Shown here in pieces: positions 51,138 through 62,264 of a stretch of DNA of 64,000 nucleotides. Within the stretch, counting starts at the first letter, position 1. The number at the start of each line of letters is the position of its first letter. The position numbers and the translations under genes were made by a program. The stretch is taken from positions 17,070 through 81,069 of the forward strand of contig CAZMZJ010000002.1 in NCBI GenBank assembly GCA_964570825.1, in the 5' to 3' direction. The notes below the pieces were generated by a model. It was not told where the DNA came from. It saw only the letters and a list, made by a program, of their open reading frames with translations, and did no database searches. The stretch comes from an uncultured Lachnospiraceae bacterium (lineage in GTDB: Bacteria > Bacillota > Clostridia > Oscillospirales > CAG-272).

Positions 51138-52646
51138 ATGAAAAAAGCGCTATCACTCTTCCTTGCGGCGATTATGGTCTCGGCAATTCTTGTGTCCTGC
51201 GCAGACAGCGGCAGCGGGAATAACGCCGAAAGCACGACGCCCCAGCAGTCATCGTCTGAAACTTCAGCACCCGAAGAAACCCAGAGCAAATACAGTATCA
51301 AGGATAATCTCCCGGCTCTTAATTATAACAACGAAACAGTGACTATTCTCTCGCGCGGGCGCACATGGGTAAAGGATGAAATATCGGTCTCCGAGATGAA
51401 CGGCGAAACCATCAACGACGCCATATATGCCCGCAACTCTGCCGTTGAGGAAAGGCTTAAAATCAAAATAAACAATTATATGATAGACGGCACCGACAAC
51501 TATGAAGTCACCACTATAATACGCAATCAGGTTAAAGCGCAGACAAGCGACTACGACATCCTCGCGAACAGCGTATACTCCACCATAATGTATACGGGCG
51601 AGGGGCTTTTCAAAAATTTATATGAATGTGAATATATAGACTTTGACCAGCCGTACTGGTCGCAGGGCTTCAACGAAGTGGCGTCGATCGGGAACGCGCA
51701 GTATTTTGTAACCGGCGCCATCTGCCTGTCCACATACAGATTCATATTCGCCACATTTTTCAACCGAAATATGTTTATATCAAGAGGCATCGATCTTCCC
51801 TATGATACCGTACGCGCGGGAAAATGGACGATAGATTACCAGTACGAGATAAGCAAAAATATATATTACGACACCAACGGAAACGGCATAAAAGACGCGG
51901 AGGACACATACGGGTTTGTCATCAGCAACGAAATCAGCGTCGACAACTACTGGTCGTCGTTCAAAATTCCGATTCTCACAAAGACGAGCGACAACTGGTA
52001 CAGCTATTCACTGGATACCAACCGGCTTTCGGTTGCCGTCGATAAGGTCAACCGCCTTATGTGGAACAGCGAAGGTTCATTTGTAATACCGTACAAGGCG
52101 GATGACGCCGATCAGGATGAGATTGCCGCCAAACTGGCGAACGGAAGCGCCGCGATGGTAACCCTCAGGCTTATAGAAGTCGAAGGAGCCTATCTCCGCA
52201 ATATGACCGACTCCTATGGAATCATACCGATGCCAAAGCTTGACGAAGCGCAGGATGATTATTACAGCTACGCGCACGACCAGATGACGGCGATAGCGAT
52301 ACCCTCAACAGTAACCGACGACGAGCTTCAGATGTATGGCGCAGTGCTTGAAGCGCTTGCGGCGGAGAGCTACCGCAGAGTTACTCCCGCGTATTATGAA
52401 CTGTCGCTGACGACCAAATACGCCAACGATCCGGACTCCGTCGAGATGCTCGATAAAATAGTCAACAATCTGTATATCGACGCCGGCGTTCTTTATACAA
52501 AGCAGCTTAGCTCGATTCATCAGAAGCTCCGCGTATTCATGGGGCAGAACAACAACAGTGTTGCCTCTACGATGAAAACGCTTGAAAAAATGGTGTCATT
52601 GCAGCTTAAATCGCTGACAGATGGCCTCAAAGCAATTCAGAAATAA
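51138..52646 (+). CDS. ABC-transporter extracellular solute-binding lipoprotein (LplA-like), orphan paralog
   Basis: Lipobox LVSC. Shares INDAIYARNS, DTYGF and GIIPMPK with 23581..25029. No permease adjacent. Confidence 0.7.
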   Translation: MKKALSLFLAAIMVSAILVSCADSGSGNNAESTTPQQSSSETSAPEETQSKYSIKDNLPALNYNNETVTILSRGRTWVKDEISVSEMNGETINDAIYARNSAVEERLKIKINNYMIDGTDNYEVTTIIRNQVKAQTSDYDILANSVYSTIMYTGEGLFKNLYECEYIDFDQPYWSQGFNEVASIGNAQYFVTGAICLSTYRFIFATFFNRNMFISRGIDLPYDTVRAGKWTIDYQYEISKNIYYDTNGNGIKDAEDTYGFVISNEISVDNYWSSFKIPILTKTSDNWYSYSLDTNRLSVAVDKVNRLMWNSEGSFVIPYKADDADQDEIAAKLANGSAAMVTLRLIEVEGAYLRNMTDSYGIIPMPKLDEAQDDYYSYAHDQMTAIAIPSTVTDDELQMYGAVLEALAAESYRRVTPAYYELSLTTKYANDPDSVEMLDKIVNNLYIDAGVLYTKQLSSIHQKLRVFMGQNNNSVASTMKTLEKMVSLQLKSLTDGLKAIQK

Positions 52647-52657
52647 AGCAAAGGACA

Positions 52658-52689
52658 AAAGCCCCCTCGTTTGGCGCGAGGGGGCTTTG
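52658..52689 (+). terminator. Terminator after the SBP gene
   Basis: GCCCCCTCG - loop - CGAGGGGGC, followed by TTTG. Confidence 0.6.
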
Positions 52690-52816
52690 CGGTCCGGTCC
52701 GGAAAAAAGAGTATAAAAATATGACAAGCCTTGAAAAAACCCGTCATCCGTGGTATAATTCAATAAACTGAAACAGCCGTTTCACACATGAATTTCATGA
52801 AGGGACATTAAATAAA

Positions 52817-53122
52817 ATGGAGCTTAATTATAATGTGCTATTAAAGGGCTTTCTCGACGGCGAAGGTAAACTCCGCCAGTATCCCTCTAAAATGAAGGCC
52901 AAGGCGCCTGCAATGTATTATATCGCGGCGAAATTTGAGAAAGGCAGACAGTACTCAGAAGCCGAGGTCAACTCGCTTATCAACAGCGCCTGCTCGTTCA
53001 AGGATCCCGCTACAATCCGCCGCGACATGGTTGACAATAAATTTTTTGAAAGAACCGCCGACTGCAGATCCTATAAGCTTGCAGACACATTGCCGGTATT
53101 TCCGGAACTCGGCATATGCTGA
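52817..53122 (+). CDS. DUF2087 domain protein
   Basis: Pattern GKLRQYPSK.K.K..AMYYIAAKFEKGRQYSEAEVNSLI...DPATIRRDMVDNKFFER matches the DUF2087 consensus as I recall it. Confidence 0.65.
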   Translation: MELNYNVLLKGFLDGEGKLRQYPSKMKAKAPAMYYIAAKFEKGRQYSEAEVNSLINSACSFKDPATIRRDMVDNKFFERTADCRSYKLADTLPVFPELGIC

Positions 53123-53136
53123 TGCCGCCGAAACCT

Positions 53137-53162
53137 CTCTCCGGCCGTACCGGAGAGTTTTT
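53137..53162 (+). terminator. Terminator after the DUF2087 gene
   Basis: CTCTCCGG - CCGTA - CCGGAGAG, followed by TTTTT. Confidence 0.65.
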
Positions 53163-53322
53163 CATTTAATATTAAAACACAAAAACTGTTTTATATTACT
53201 TTTTCTCTTCTCTCATCATCCCGGTTTTTCGCCAGACTTTTTCGATTCATTGAGCCCGCGCCTGTCAGGTGATATTACATACTCTTAGGCGATGCTTGAA
53301 ATTCAACTATCGGAGTCGCTAA

Positions 53323-54885
53323 ATGGGCAGCAAAAAAACATCTTTATACCGGTATTTCATCAATATAAAAAGCTTCAAATGGGAAACAGCCGTAAAATCG
53401 CTGCTTGCCGGAGCCGCCGGCGGCATTCTCGCCGTCATGTACCGTCTAATCTGTGAAAAAACGCTGAACCTTTCGGCACATGTATATGGTTATATCAAAT
53501 CCAATCCGTTGTATATTATTCTTTGGGCAGCCGCGGCCGTTCTCGCGGGTCTGATAATTTACCTGCTGATAAAGCTTGAACCTATGGCATCCGGCGGCGG
53601 CGTTCCGCAGGTTGAGGGCGTAATACTTTACGGGCTGAAAATGAAGTGGTATCTTGTCATAGCCATACGATATGCCGCGGGGTTCATAGGCTCTTTATTC
53701 GGAATGTCGTTCGGGCCCGAGGGGCCGTCGATCCAGCTCGGCGCCGCGGCAAGCCAGGGAATCTCGGACGGAATCTGCCGGACGAAAACAGAGCGCGACC
53801 ATCTTGTGACCTCCGGAGCGGCAGCAGGGCTTTCGGCGGCTTTCGGAGCGCCGCTCACCGGCATGATTTTTGCTCTTGAGGAGATACACCGCAACTTTTC
53901 GCCGTCAATTCTTCTTTCTGCGACCATGGCGTCCCTGACGGCGGATTTTACTGCAAAATTCTTCTTCGGCCTGAATCCTGTATTTTCTTTTCCGGAATTG
54001 ACCCCTCTGCCGCTTAAAATGTACTTCCTGCTGCTGCCGTTAGGAATTTTTGCCGGGCTTTTCGGAGCTTTAATGAACCGCGGTCTGCTTTTGTCCCAGA
54101 CAATATACGGCAAGCTTCCGGAAAAAATAAGACCCGTTGTAGGCATTTTGACCTGCCTTCCGTTCGCCGTGCTTCTGCCCGACGTCCTCGGCGGGGGGCA
54201 TGACCTGATTTATATTTTCAAAAAGCCGGAATTTACGCTTCTTATGGCATTCATATTGCTTCTTGCCAAGCTTCTGTTTACCTGCACATGCTTCGGGAGC
54301 GGAACGCCCGGCGGAATATTCATGCCGATTATTTCTGTCGGAGCTCTTTCGGGATGCGTATTCGGCCTTTGCGCGGTCAGGCTCGGCGTCGCTTCCTGTT
54401 ATTTGCCGGCTTTCATCATATGCGCCATGGCAGGCGGACTCTCGGCCTGTGTGAAATCTCCCGTCACCTGCATAATCCTGACCGCCGAGCTTACAGGCTC
54501 GTTTGCCACAATTCTTCCCGTCGCTGTCTGCACCCTTGTCTCGCTCTTCATTTCGGATCTTCTTAAAACATCGCCGGTTTATGAGGCGCTTCTTAAACGT
54601 TATATGGCGAAGCATATGACCTCGCTGGAACTTGACGGCGGGGCCGCAGGCGAGCTTTTTGAAATACCAGTCGAGTGCGGAAGCGAAATTTCGGGGAATA
54701 TGCTGAAGGACGTCGCATGGCCTAAGGAATCGCTTATCATAGGGCTGCGCCGGGGATCCGAGGAGCTGATTCCCAAAGGCAGCACGGTAATCATGCCCGG
54801 CGATTACCTTCTCGCAATAACGCCTCGCCAACAGGAAAATATAATCAGGGAATCGATAGAGAAACTGTGCAAAAAAAGCCAATAA
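53323..54885 (+). CDS. ClC-family chloride channel / H+-Cl- antiporter with C-terminal TrkA-C (RCK_C)-like domain
   Basis: Selectivity-filter motifs GGGVPQ, GPEGPSIQLG, GGIFMP. C-terminal roughly 90 aa with the IIGLRRG...IPKGSTVIMPGDYLL pattern. Confidence 0.85.
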   Translation: MGSKKTSLYRYFINIKSFKWETAVKSLLAGAAGGILAVMYRLICEKTLNLSAHVYGYIKSNPLYIILWAAAAVLAGLIIYLLIKLEPMASGGGVPQVEGVILYGLKMKWYLVIAIRYAAGFIGSLFGMSFGPEGPSIQLGAAASQGISDGICRTKTERDHLVTSGAAAGLSAAFGAPLTGMIFALEEIHRNFSPSILLSATMASLTADFTAKFFFGLNPVFSFPELTPLPLKMYFLLLPLGIFAGLFGALMNRGLLLSQTIYGKLPEKIRPVVGILTCLPFAVLLPDVLGGGHDLIYIFKKPEFTLLMAFILLLAKLLFTCTCFGSGTPGGIFMPIISVGALSGCVFGLCAVRLGVASCYLPAFIICAMAGGLSACVKSPVTCIILTAELTGSFATILPVAVCTLVSLFISDLLKTSPVYEALLKRYMAKHMTSLELDGGAAGELFEIPVECGSEISGNMLKDVAWPKESLIIGLRRGSEELIPKGSTVIMPGDYLLAITPRQQENIIRESIEKLCKKSQ

Positions 54886-54922
54886 AAAACGGAAGGCTGA
54901 CCGCCGTCCGTTTTATTTTTTT
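54884..54922. terminator. Bidirectional terminator between ClC and the V-ATPase operon
   Basis: ACGGA..GGC / GCC..TCCGT hairpin flanked by an A-run and a T-run. Confidence 0.5.
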
Positions 54923-55512
54923 ATAAGCTTAAGGCGCGAGAATTCCTCGCGCTCTTTTTCCTCGAGCGAATTTTCGATAAAACCGATGTTTGCCTCAAGC
55001 CTCGGAATCAGCACGTTTTTAAGGGCGTTTGCCCGGCGCTGTATCTTCTTGACCGCCGTCGCGAGCCTGTAAATGGTGTTCTCGACTTCCGCGAGCCGCA
55101 AGCAGAGGTCTTTGATTTTGAGGAAGTTGATATACGCAGTATCAACGAAGGTGTTGCTTTCCGTAAAACCGTAAGGAATAGTCAAATCCGTCTGGACGCA
55201 GCTGACTATCGGGACTTCTATTCCTATTATGCTTTTGAGTTTTATGGACACCCCGTTGTCAATCGGCACTGAATCGGCTATAGACTGGATGACTCCGTAT
55301 GAAATATTCGCCTTTTCAAGCGACTTATAAGCGTCGGAAAACAGCCCGTCCATCTCGCTCTGGATTTTATTGGCCTTATCGAGCATTAGAAGCATTTCGC
55401 GCATAAGGATATTGCGCTTTTTGTCCATCAGCTCGTAACCTGTTTTTGCGAGCGAAAGCGAACGCTGCAATGACATCAGCTTGCCTTTTGTCACAATCAG
55501 AGCGGTTTCCAT
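54913..55512 (-). CDS. ntpD: V/A-type ATPase subunit D (central stalk)
   Basis: About 200-aa coiled-coil protein, last in the A-B-D order. Confidence 0.85.
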   Translation of the reverse strand: METALIVTKGKLMSLQRSLSLAKTGYELMDKKRNILMREMLLMLDKANKIQSEMDGLFSDAYKSLEKANISYGVIQSIADSVPIDNGVSIKLKSIIGIEVPIVSCVQTDLTIPYGFTESNTFVDTAYINFLKIKDLCLRLAEVENTIYRLATAVKKIQRRANALKNVLIPRLEANIGFIENSLEEKEREEFSRLKLIKK

Positions 55513-55565
55513 AATGATGCTGACGCCGTCTCCTTTCTTTTGGTGTATGAAGCAGAACCTTAATA

Positions 55566-56957
55566 TTATGCGCCGGTCCGGCTGTCGCTGACGCAGTCGT
55601 AATACTTCGCCTTGAGCTTTTCGTCAAGCCGGTCGAGCTCCTCGCGGGGAAGCATTCTGAGGAGCTTCCAGCCGAGGTTGAGCGTATACTCCATTGAGCG
55701 CGACTCTCTCGGCGACTGCGAGAGAAACTTTTTTTCAAACTCATTTCCGAAAGCGAGATATTTTTTATCAAGCTCTGAGATTTCCTCCTCGCCAATGACA
55801 GACGCGAGAGATCTTGCCGTCTGAACTTTGGAGTAGCATGAGAAGAGCTGGTTTGCAAGCATGGCATGGTCCTCTCGTGTATACTGTTTGCCTATTCCGT
55901 CCTTCATAAGGCGCGAAAGCGACGAAAGCACCGAAATGCTCGGGTATATTCCCTTCTGCTCAAGGCCGCGGTCAAGAACAATCTGTCCTTCGGTAATATA
56001 TCCGGTCAGGTTGGGGACGGGGTTTGTGATGTCGTCGTTCGGCATAGTCAGAATAGGTATCTGCGTGACCGAACCGGTGCTTCCTCGAACCATCCCGGCG
56101 CGCTCATAAAGAGAAGCGAAATCGGAATACAGGTAGCCGGGATAACCTTTTCTGCCGGGTATTTCGCCTTTCGAGGATGAAAGCTCGCGCAGCGCCTCGG
56201 CGTATGAGGTCATATCGGTAAGAATGACAAGTATATGCATATTCAGCTCGAACGCAAGATACTCAGCGGCGGTGAGCGCAAGGCGCGGCACCATAATTCT
56301 TTCTGAAATCGGGTCGTTTGAGAGGTTCTGGAACACAACAAGCCTCTGAATGACTCCGGTTTCTGTGAACTCCTTGATGAAGTATTCGGCGACGTCATGT
56401 TTGACGCCCATCGCGGCAAAAACGATGGCGAAGTTTGAGTCTGAGCCTATCTGCGCCTGACGCACGATCTGAGCTGCGAGCTGGTTGTGCGACATGCCGG
56501 AGCCCGAGAAAATCGGAAGCTTCTGACCGCGTATCAGGGTCATGAGCATATCTATGCTTGAGATTCCTGTGTGGATATAGTTTTTGGGATACTGACGGGA
56601 AACCGGGTTGATCGGATACCCGTTGATGTCGATATATTTTTTGACAAAAATGTTTCCCATTCCGTCGATCGGTCTGCCCATGCCGTTGAAGACTCTTCCC
56701 AGCAGTTCGCGCGAAACGCCGAGTTCCATCGGCCTGCCGATGAAGCTTGTTCTGGTGTTGGACAGCGAGAGTCCGGAGGTTCCTTCGAACACCTGCACAA
56801 TCGCCTTGTCGCGGTTAATCTCGATGACGCGTCCGAGTCTTTCCGAGCCGTCGTCAAGCTTAATGGTGCAAAGCTCCTCATAGCCGACGCCGCTGACGCC
56901 CTCGACAACGACGAGAGGTCCGTTTATTCCTTTTAATCCCCTGTAATCGAATTGCAA
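55566..56957 (-). CDS. ntpB: V/A-type ATPase subunit B
   Basis: 463 aa, non-catalytic nucleotide-binding subunit pattern ([27 protein letters not shown]). Confidence 0.95.
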   Translation of the reverse strand: MQFDYRGLKGINGPLVVVEGVSGVGYEELCTIKLDDGSERLGRVIEINRDKAIVQVFEGTSGLSLSNTRTSFIGRPMELGVSRELLGRVFNGMGRPIDGMGNIFVKKYIDINGYPINPVSRQYPKNYIHTGISSIDMLMTLIRGQKLPIFSGSGMSHNQLAAQIVRQAQIGSDSNFAIVFAAMGVKHDVAEYFIKEFTETGVIQRLVVFQNLSNDPISERIMVPRLALTAAEYLAFELNMHILVILTDMTSYAEALRELSSSKGEIPGRKGYPGYLYSDFASLYERAGMVRGSTGSVTQIPILTMPNDDITNPVPNLTGYITEGQIVLDRGLEQKGIYPSISVLSSLSRLMKDGIGKQYTREDHAMLANQLFSCYSKVQTARSLASVIGEEEISELDKKYLAFGNEFEKKFLSQSPRESRSMEYTLNLGWKLLRMLPREELDRLDEKLKAKYYDCVSDSRTGA

Positions 56958-56977
56958 GACCCGTTCCTCCTTCCGCG

Positions 56978-58810
56978 TCAGCGCTTGACGGCCGAGACGG
57001 CGTTGACATTTGAATTCACGCTGCCGCTCGCGTTATCATAGTCAAAATTATAATCTTCGTTGATTTTTTTAAGAGCGGCGTCAATTTTTGCCTTAGTTTC
57101 CTCGAAAACGGCATTGTCGTCGCCGGACGTGCTGAAATGGTGCTTCATCTGCATCACGGCTTCAAATATGCCGGTTTTTATCACCACCGACACCGGTATT
57201 GACTTTGCGATAATCCTGCCGGCCTCGCGGTACAGATAAAGGATAATCTCTATGATTTTTGACTGTTTGCCGATAGAGGTATATGTGTCTACCTCGTCCA
57301 TCGCGTTCTGCTGCAGGAAGCCGACGCGTATCACCTTTGCGATTTCCATAACGAGCCGCTGGCTGTCGGGAAGAACGTCGGCTCCTATCAGCTTGACAAT
57401 CTCCATGAGGTTGTCTTCCTCGTTCAGAATGGCGACGATCTGTCTGCGGTTTTCCATGAAATGCGGATCGACATGGGCCTCATACCACGGCTGAAGGTCT
57501 TCGATATATTCCGAATAACTTGTCATCCAGTTAATAGCGGGATAATGGCGTGCGTAAGCCAGCTGCTTGTCGAGCGCCCAGAACCCGCGGACAAAGCGTT
57601 TAGTGTTCTGCGTGACCGGCTCCGAGAAGTCGCCTCCCTGAGGGCTGACGGCACCGATAATAGTGATCGAGCCGTCCTTTCCCGAAAGAGTTTCGACATG
57701 ACCGCCGCGTTCATAGAACTCGGCTATACGGGACGGCAGATATGCGGGATAACCCTCCTCGGCCGGCATTTCCTCAAGTCGCCCGCTTATTTCGCGGAGC
57801 GCCTCGGCCCAGCGTGAGGTCGAATCGGCCATCATTGCGATATTGTACCCCATGTCGCGGTAGTACTCGGCTATCGTAATTCCAGTGTAAATTGAAGCCT
57901 CGCGCGCCGCGACAGGCATATTCGATGTGTTTGCGATAAGAACTGTCTTTTCGGTCAGCGCGCGTTTTGTGCGCGGGTCGATAAGCTCTGAAAATTCCTC
58001 GAGCACCTGAGTCATTTCGTTTCCGCGCTCGCCGCATCCGATGTAAACTATAATATCAGCGTCGGCCCACTTGGCTATCTGGTGCTGGGTCATTGTCTTG
58101 CCGGTTCCGAAGTCTCCCGGAATCGCCGCCGCGCCGCCGCGGGCAATCGGGAAGAGAGTGTCGATAACCCTCTGACCGCATAGCATAGGCATTTCGATCG
58201 GAAGTCTTTTTGCCACGGCGCGCGGTTTGCGTATCGGCCAGAGCTGTGAAAGTTTAAGCTCTTCGGTTCTGCCGCCGGCGGTTTCAACCTCAGCGACTGA
58301 ATCTGTAAGCCTGTACATGCCGCTGGGCTTGACGTTTTTTACCACGCCGTCGACGCCGGACATGAACCGGTGCTCAAGCAGCCGCGTCTCCATGCAGGTG
58401 GCAAAGATCTGCCCCCGGCTCACCGTATCCCCCGCTTTTACAGTTACTTTCACATCCCATTCTTTTTCAAAGTCAAGCGGCGGCACGTCGCTGCCGGTTC
58501 TTATATATGGAAGGGAAAGTTTTTCAAGCAGCTTGAGCGGGCGCTGTATTCCGTCGAAAATATTTCCCAATATTCCGGGACCGAGAGTGACGCAGAGCGG
58601 TTGTCCGGTACGTATTATGTTGTCACCGACTTTAAGTCCGGTTGTTACCTCGTAAACCTGTACGGTGGCGTTGCCATCGTTGTTGGCGATGACCTCGCCG
58701 ATAAGGCGCTTTCCGCCCACATACACCTTTTCGCCGATAGCAAGGTCAAAAGCATCTCTGACCTTGACGACAGGTCCGTTAATCTGATATATTTCAAAAC
58801 TTTTGTTCAT
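56978..58810 (-). CDS. ntpA: V/A-type ATPase catalytic subunit A
   Basis: 610 aa, P-loop GDFGTGKT, non-homologous insert region, GERGNEM. Confidence 0.95.
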   Translation of the reverse strand: MNKSFEIYQINGPVVKVRDAFDLAIGEKVYVGGKRLIGEVIANNDGNATVQVYEVTTGLKVGDNIIRTGQPLCVTLGPGILGNIFDGIQRPLKLLEKLSLPYIRTGSDVPPLDFEKEWDVKVTVKAGDTVSRGQIFATCMETRLLEHRFMSGVDGVVKNVKPSGMYRLTDSVAEVETAGGRTEELKLSQLWPIRKPRAVAKRLPIEMPMLCGQRVIDTLFPIARGGAAAIPGDFGTGKTMTQHQIAKWADADIIVYIGCGERGNEMTQVLEEFSELIDPRTKRALTEKTVLIANTSNMPVAAREASIYTGITIAEYYRDMGYNIAMMADSTSRWAEALREISGRLEEMPAEEGYPAYLPSRIAEFYERGGHVETLSGKDGSITIIGAVSPQGGDFSEPVTQNTKRFVRGFWALDKQLAYARHYPAINWMTSYSEYIEDLQPWYEAHVDPHFMENRRQIVAILNEEDNLMEIVKLIGADVLPDSQRLVMEIAKVIRVGFLQQNAMDEVDTYTSIGKQSKIIEIILYLYREAGRIIAKSIPVSVVIKTGIFEAVMQMKHHFSTSGDDNAVFEETKAKIDAALKKINEDYNFDYDNASGSVNSNVNAVSAVKR

Positions 58811-58838
58811 AATTTACGGCCGTGTCCTTTATCAGTTG

Positions 58839-59423
58839 TCAATTGTCGATAATAAACGCGCTTGTAGTCGTGAAGCGCTCCATCTCGCCTCGCAGCTTCT
58901 TGTCGAACGAGTAATCGGCAATATGCGTTGCGTTTTCGGCGACAAGTCCGCCGAGCATAATATCTTTTGAAGCTTCAACCGTCATGTCCGGAGCGATTTT
59001 CTTCATAAGTTGGACATCCGCGTTTGAAACCCGGACTGTCAGACTTTCACCGAGCGCCGCCTTAGCGTTATCCAGGAGATTTTTCAGATAAATAGCGTAT
59101 TCCTCGCTTTTGGTGAACCTTTTCAGCTTCTCCTCGGCTGAGGCGAATATTTTTTTCATATAGCCGTCGCGCACTGAAAGCAGCGATTTGCGGCTTTCTA
59201 TGCATTCTGCCGTCACTGAATTGATGGTTTCGCTTCTGATTTTTTCGCTTTCCCGCCTTATATATTCGCTGATTTCCGCTTCAAGCATGATTTTTCCGTT
59301 TTCAATCGCTTCGTTTTTACGCCGGATTGCCTCATTTATCATATTCTCCGCGTCGCGCTCTGCTTCATCGAAAACCGCCTTGCTGAGTTTTTCCAGCCTT
59401 GCTTCATCTTCCATAAAATTCAC
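58839..59423 (-). CDS. ntpE: V/A-type ATPase subunit E (peripheral stalk)
   Basis: 194-aa protein with N-terminal coiled coil. Operon position. Confidence 0.8.
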   Translation of the reverse strand: MNFMEDEARLEKLSKAVFDEAERDAENMINEAIRRKNEAIENGKIMLEAEISEYIRRESEKIRSETINSVTAECIESRKSLLSVRDGYMKKIFASAEEKLKRFTKSEEYAIYLKNLLDNAKAALGESLTVRVSNADVQLMKKIAPDMTVEASKDIMLGGLVAENATHIADYSFDKKLRGEMERFTTTSAFIIDN

Positions 59424-59433
59424 CTCAACCCTA

Positions 59434-59742
59434 TCAGAATTTGACGCCGAGAGCTTCGTTTATATAAGCGCTTATGCTGTTGCGTTTATTTCCGCTCGTA
59501 TGCCGGTCCGGGATCTCGATAATAAGCGGAATTTTGTTTTCCGATTTAATTTTGTAAATATAGTCCTTGGCAAGACTGACCAGCTTTTCCGTGACAAGGA
59601 TGATTCCTATTTCGGGATCTCTTGTCGCCTTCTCCATCGCGGCAATCAGTTCATTCTTTTCATGGACAATCACGCCGCCTATACCCGAAAGACGCAGTCC
59701 CATCTGCGTGTCGGTATTGTCGCTTATAACATAGAGGCGCAT
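59434..59742 (-). CDS. V/A-type ATPase subunit F
   Basis: 102 aa, MRLYVISDNTDTQMGLRLSGI pattern typical of subunit F. Confidence 0.8.
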   Translation of the reverse strand: MRLYVISDNTDTQMGLRLSGIGGVIVHEKNELIAAMEKATRDPEIGIILVTEKLVSLAKDYIYKIKSENKIPLIIEIPDRHTSGNKRNSISAYINEALGVKF

Positions 59743-59786
59743 AATTTTCTCCCTTCTGAAAATCGATGCCGCTCAAATTCAAGGTG

Positions 59787-60245
59787 TCAGCCCAAGGCTG
59801 CGATGATCTGGAATGAAATCAGCATTCCGTAAAGAGCGACGCCCTCGGCAAGAGCCACGAACAGCATGCTTTTCGCGAACATTTTCGGGTTTTCGGAGGT
59901 TGCGCCTATCGCCGAGGAAGCGGCTCCGGAAACGGCTATTCCGGCTCCGATGCAGGACATGCCGGTCGCGAGAGCCGCGCCTACGTATCCGAGCCCCTTC
60001 ATAAGTCCGTCTGAGCCGGAAGCCGCGGCGGATGTATCCTCAGCCGAAGCGGCTGCGGCAGCGATATCGTTTTCGGCGGCAGCCAGTCGAGGCATAAACA
60101 CGATTAAGCATATGGTGAGCGCAAAGAAGAGCGCGATATTGGCAACGATAAGCTTTTTATAGCCTTTTTTGTTCTTTGCGCGGAAGAATGCGATTCCGAG
60201 CGGAAGAAGAACGACGGCAATCAGCGCGAAAATCATGTATTCCAT
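59787..60245 (-). CDS. ntpK: V/A-type ATPase proteolipid subunit K (single c-hairpin preceded by two extra TM and an Ala-rich linker)
   Basis: C-terminal 70 aa form a Gly/Ala-rich hairpin with the essential Glu in FVALAEGVALYG. Confidence 0.8.
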   Translation of the reverse strand: MEYMIFALIAVVLLPLGIAFFRAKNKKGYKKLIVANIALFFALTICLIVFMPRLAAAENDIAAAAASAEDTSAAASGSDGLMKGLGYVGAALATGMSCIGAGIAVSGAASSAIGATSENPKMFAKSMLFVALAEGVALYGMLISFQIIAALG

Positions 60246-60272
60246 ATAAAAACCATCCTTATATTTTGATAT

Positions 60273-62234
60273 TTATTTTGAATTATCCACCTGAGCCGGG
60301 ATGAAATCCACGCCGTCTCCGGAATAGAATCTGCTGAACAGCTCGTAGAACTCAAGACGAAGCCCCTGAATTCCCACTACAAGGCCTTCAAGGCCCATGA
60401 TAAGAATATTGCCGAATATCACCACCGCAAGGTTGCCCGAGCCGAAGCCTGCCGTTGCGGTCGTGTTGGCGAGCAGGAAGACCACGAACATCATTCCTGC
60501 ATGGCTGAGCGCGAAGGCGCCGATTCGGACGAAGGACACGGTGTTTGTGATAAAGCTGAGGAGGTCGTCGAACAGCTCAAAAAAGTTTTCGATAATAAAC
60601 TCGCCGATACTAATGCTTTCGGGATAATGCCTTTTTCCTCCCGTGACAAGATACGCGAGCGGCCTGCGGAAGAATATTATGACAAGAGGCACGGCGAAGA
60701 AGCCGACTGTATAGGCTGCCGATACTTTCCCGCCTCCGAGCAGCAGCATCTTTACTGCGAGATAAATCCCGGCTGAATAAAGCACGAGTCCGGCGACGCC
60801 GTTCTGGCTGAACAGAGCTTTTTCGATATTTTTCTGGCGCAGGCCGTTAATGATGTTCAGCAGCATTACCAAAATAATAAACACCACGCCTATCGCGACT
60901 GCGATAAGAAGGGTCTGCATCAGGTTATGGGAGGGGGAATATCCGATTTCAATCTCCTCGTTGCCGAAAATCAGCCTGTTAATAGTTCCCTCATAGCCGA
61001 AAACAGAGTCGTAAACCAATCCGAACATCATTGAGGAAAAGCCGCAGCTCATTAAAATTTTTCCGAAATGAAGCTTTTTGAAGAACCATAAAAAGGCGCC
61101 GACAAGGAGTATGACCGCCCCTTGTCCGAGGTCTCCGAACATAAGACCGAAAAAGAGCAGATAAGATACCGCCACAAGAGGAGTGGGATCCATCTCGTCG
61201 TAGCGCGGCACGCCGTACATTCGGATAAAGCTTTCAAAAGGACGGAGGAGCGCCGGATTTTTCATCTTGGTCGGGACGGCGGTCTTCAACTGGTGCGGGT
61301 TCTCAACGATGTATTTGATATCTCCAATGACGTCTATTGCGCTGACAAACCTGTCGAAATCCTCTCGGGCCACCCAGCCCGACATATAAAAGTTATCCTG
61401 CGAGTGACCGCTTGTCTTTTTCAGCTCGGCCGCCTTGTCCAGCAAGGCTATATCCGAATAAACCGAGTTTATATATTTGATAATTTCGTCAGTGAAAGCT
61501 TTCTTTTCCTTAATTAAGTCCTCAAGTTTTTTTTCGTGCGCTTTAAGTTCGGCTTCGATGTTGTCCTTGACCTCCACCGGCGTGCCGAGCGCTCTGTCGT
61601 TTATGCGTATTCTTTCAAACTGCAGCGAGGCGAACAGGGTATCGACATATTCGATGCTGCTGCCCTGTGCAAAGTACGCGCCCCAGACATAATTGCCCTC
61701 GCTGCCCGTTTCAATGAAAATGAACGGTGGCAGGTCATTACGGTAAGTCATGGAATTGAGATATTTCATGCGCCTGTAAATCGTCTTATCCATTCTTCCG
61801 AAACGGTACTTGAAATACTTCAGCGCGTATATCTCGCGGATATCGACGTTAAGTCCCAACATAAAGTTCATCTGCCGGAGAACAAGGTTGTCGTCCTCGA
61901 TAGTTTTTTTAAGGTCGGCTATTTCGGCGTCGAACTTCTGCATGCGCGAATGCAGCATATCAATTTTATCTGACATCACGTTCAGCGGCTCGTCGAACTT
62001 TTCGCTGATGAATTCCGGCGTTACTCCGGCGCAGCGGGCAAGGTCGAGAATTTTTTTCAGCATTTCCTTATACGGATTCTCCTCCTGGAAAGGAAGGAGC
62101 TTGCTGAATCCGGGAAGCACATTCCGGACATTTTCGGGATGGAAGCAGCCCTGCCTTAATATTTCAACGGCGACAGAATCGAATTTTGACATCGGGCCGG
62201 AAATGTTGACCAGCTTCATTTTAGAAATCGACAA
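60273..62234 (-). CDS. ntpI: V/A-type ATPase subunit I (a)
   Basis: 653 aa, cytoplasmic N-domain plus 7-8 TM. Conserved Arg region FVRIGAFALSHAGM. Confidence 0.9.
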   Translation of the reverse strand: MSISKMKLVNISGPMSKFDSVAVEILRQGCFHPENVRNVLPGFSKLLPFQEENPYKEMLKKILDLARCAGVTPEFISEKFDEPLNVMSDKIDMLHSRMQKFDAEIADLKKTIEDDNLVLRQMNFMLGLNVDIREIYALKYFKYRFGRMDKTIYRRMKYLNSMTYRNDLPPFIFIETGSEGNYVWGAYFAQGSSIEYVDTLFASLQFERIRINDRALGTPVEVKDNIEAELKAHEKKLEDLIKEKKAFTDEIIKYINSVYSDIALLDKAAELKKTSGHSQDNFYMSGWVAREDFDRFVSAIDVIGDIKYIVENPHQLKTAVPTKMKNPALLRPFESFIRMYGVPRYDEMDPTPLVAVSYLLFFGLMFGDLGQGAVILLVGAFLWFFKKLHFGKILMSCGFSSMMFGLVYDSVFGYEGTINRLIFGNEEIEIGYSPSHNLMQTLLIAVAIGVVFIILVMLLNIINGLRQKNIEKALFSQNGVAGLVLYSAGIYLAVKMLLLGGGKVSAAYTVGFFAVPLVIIFFRRPLAYLVTGGKRHYPESISIGEFIIENFFELFDDLLSFITNTVSFVRIGAFALSHAGMMFVVFLLANTTATAGFGSGNLAVVIFGNILIMGLEGLVVGIQGLRLEFYELFSRFYSGDGVDFIPAQVDNSK

Positions 62235-62264
62235 ATATTATCACCCACTTTACTGACAATAGTT

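Noticed and set aside
53163-53322. Fluoride (crcB-motif) riboswitch upstream of the ClC gene, prompted by GGCGATG at about 53288.
   Set aside because: The remaining conserved elements (pseudoknot partner and CUGAUGA..CCUAC 3' block) are absent. The channel also has a canonical chloride-type GPEGP filter rather than ClC-F features.
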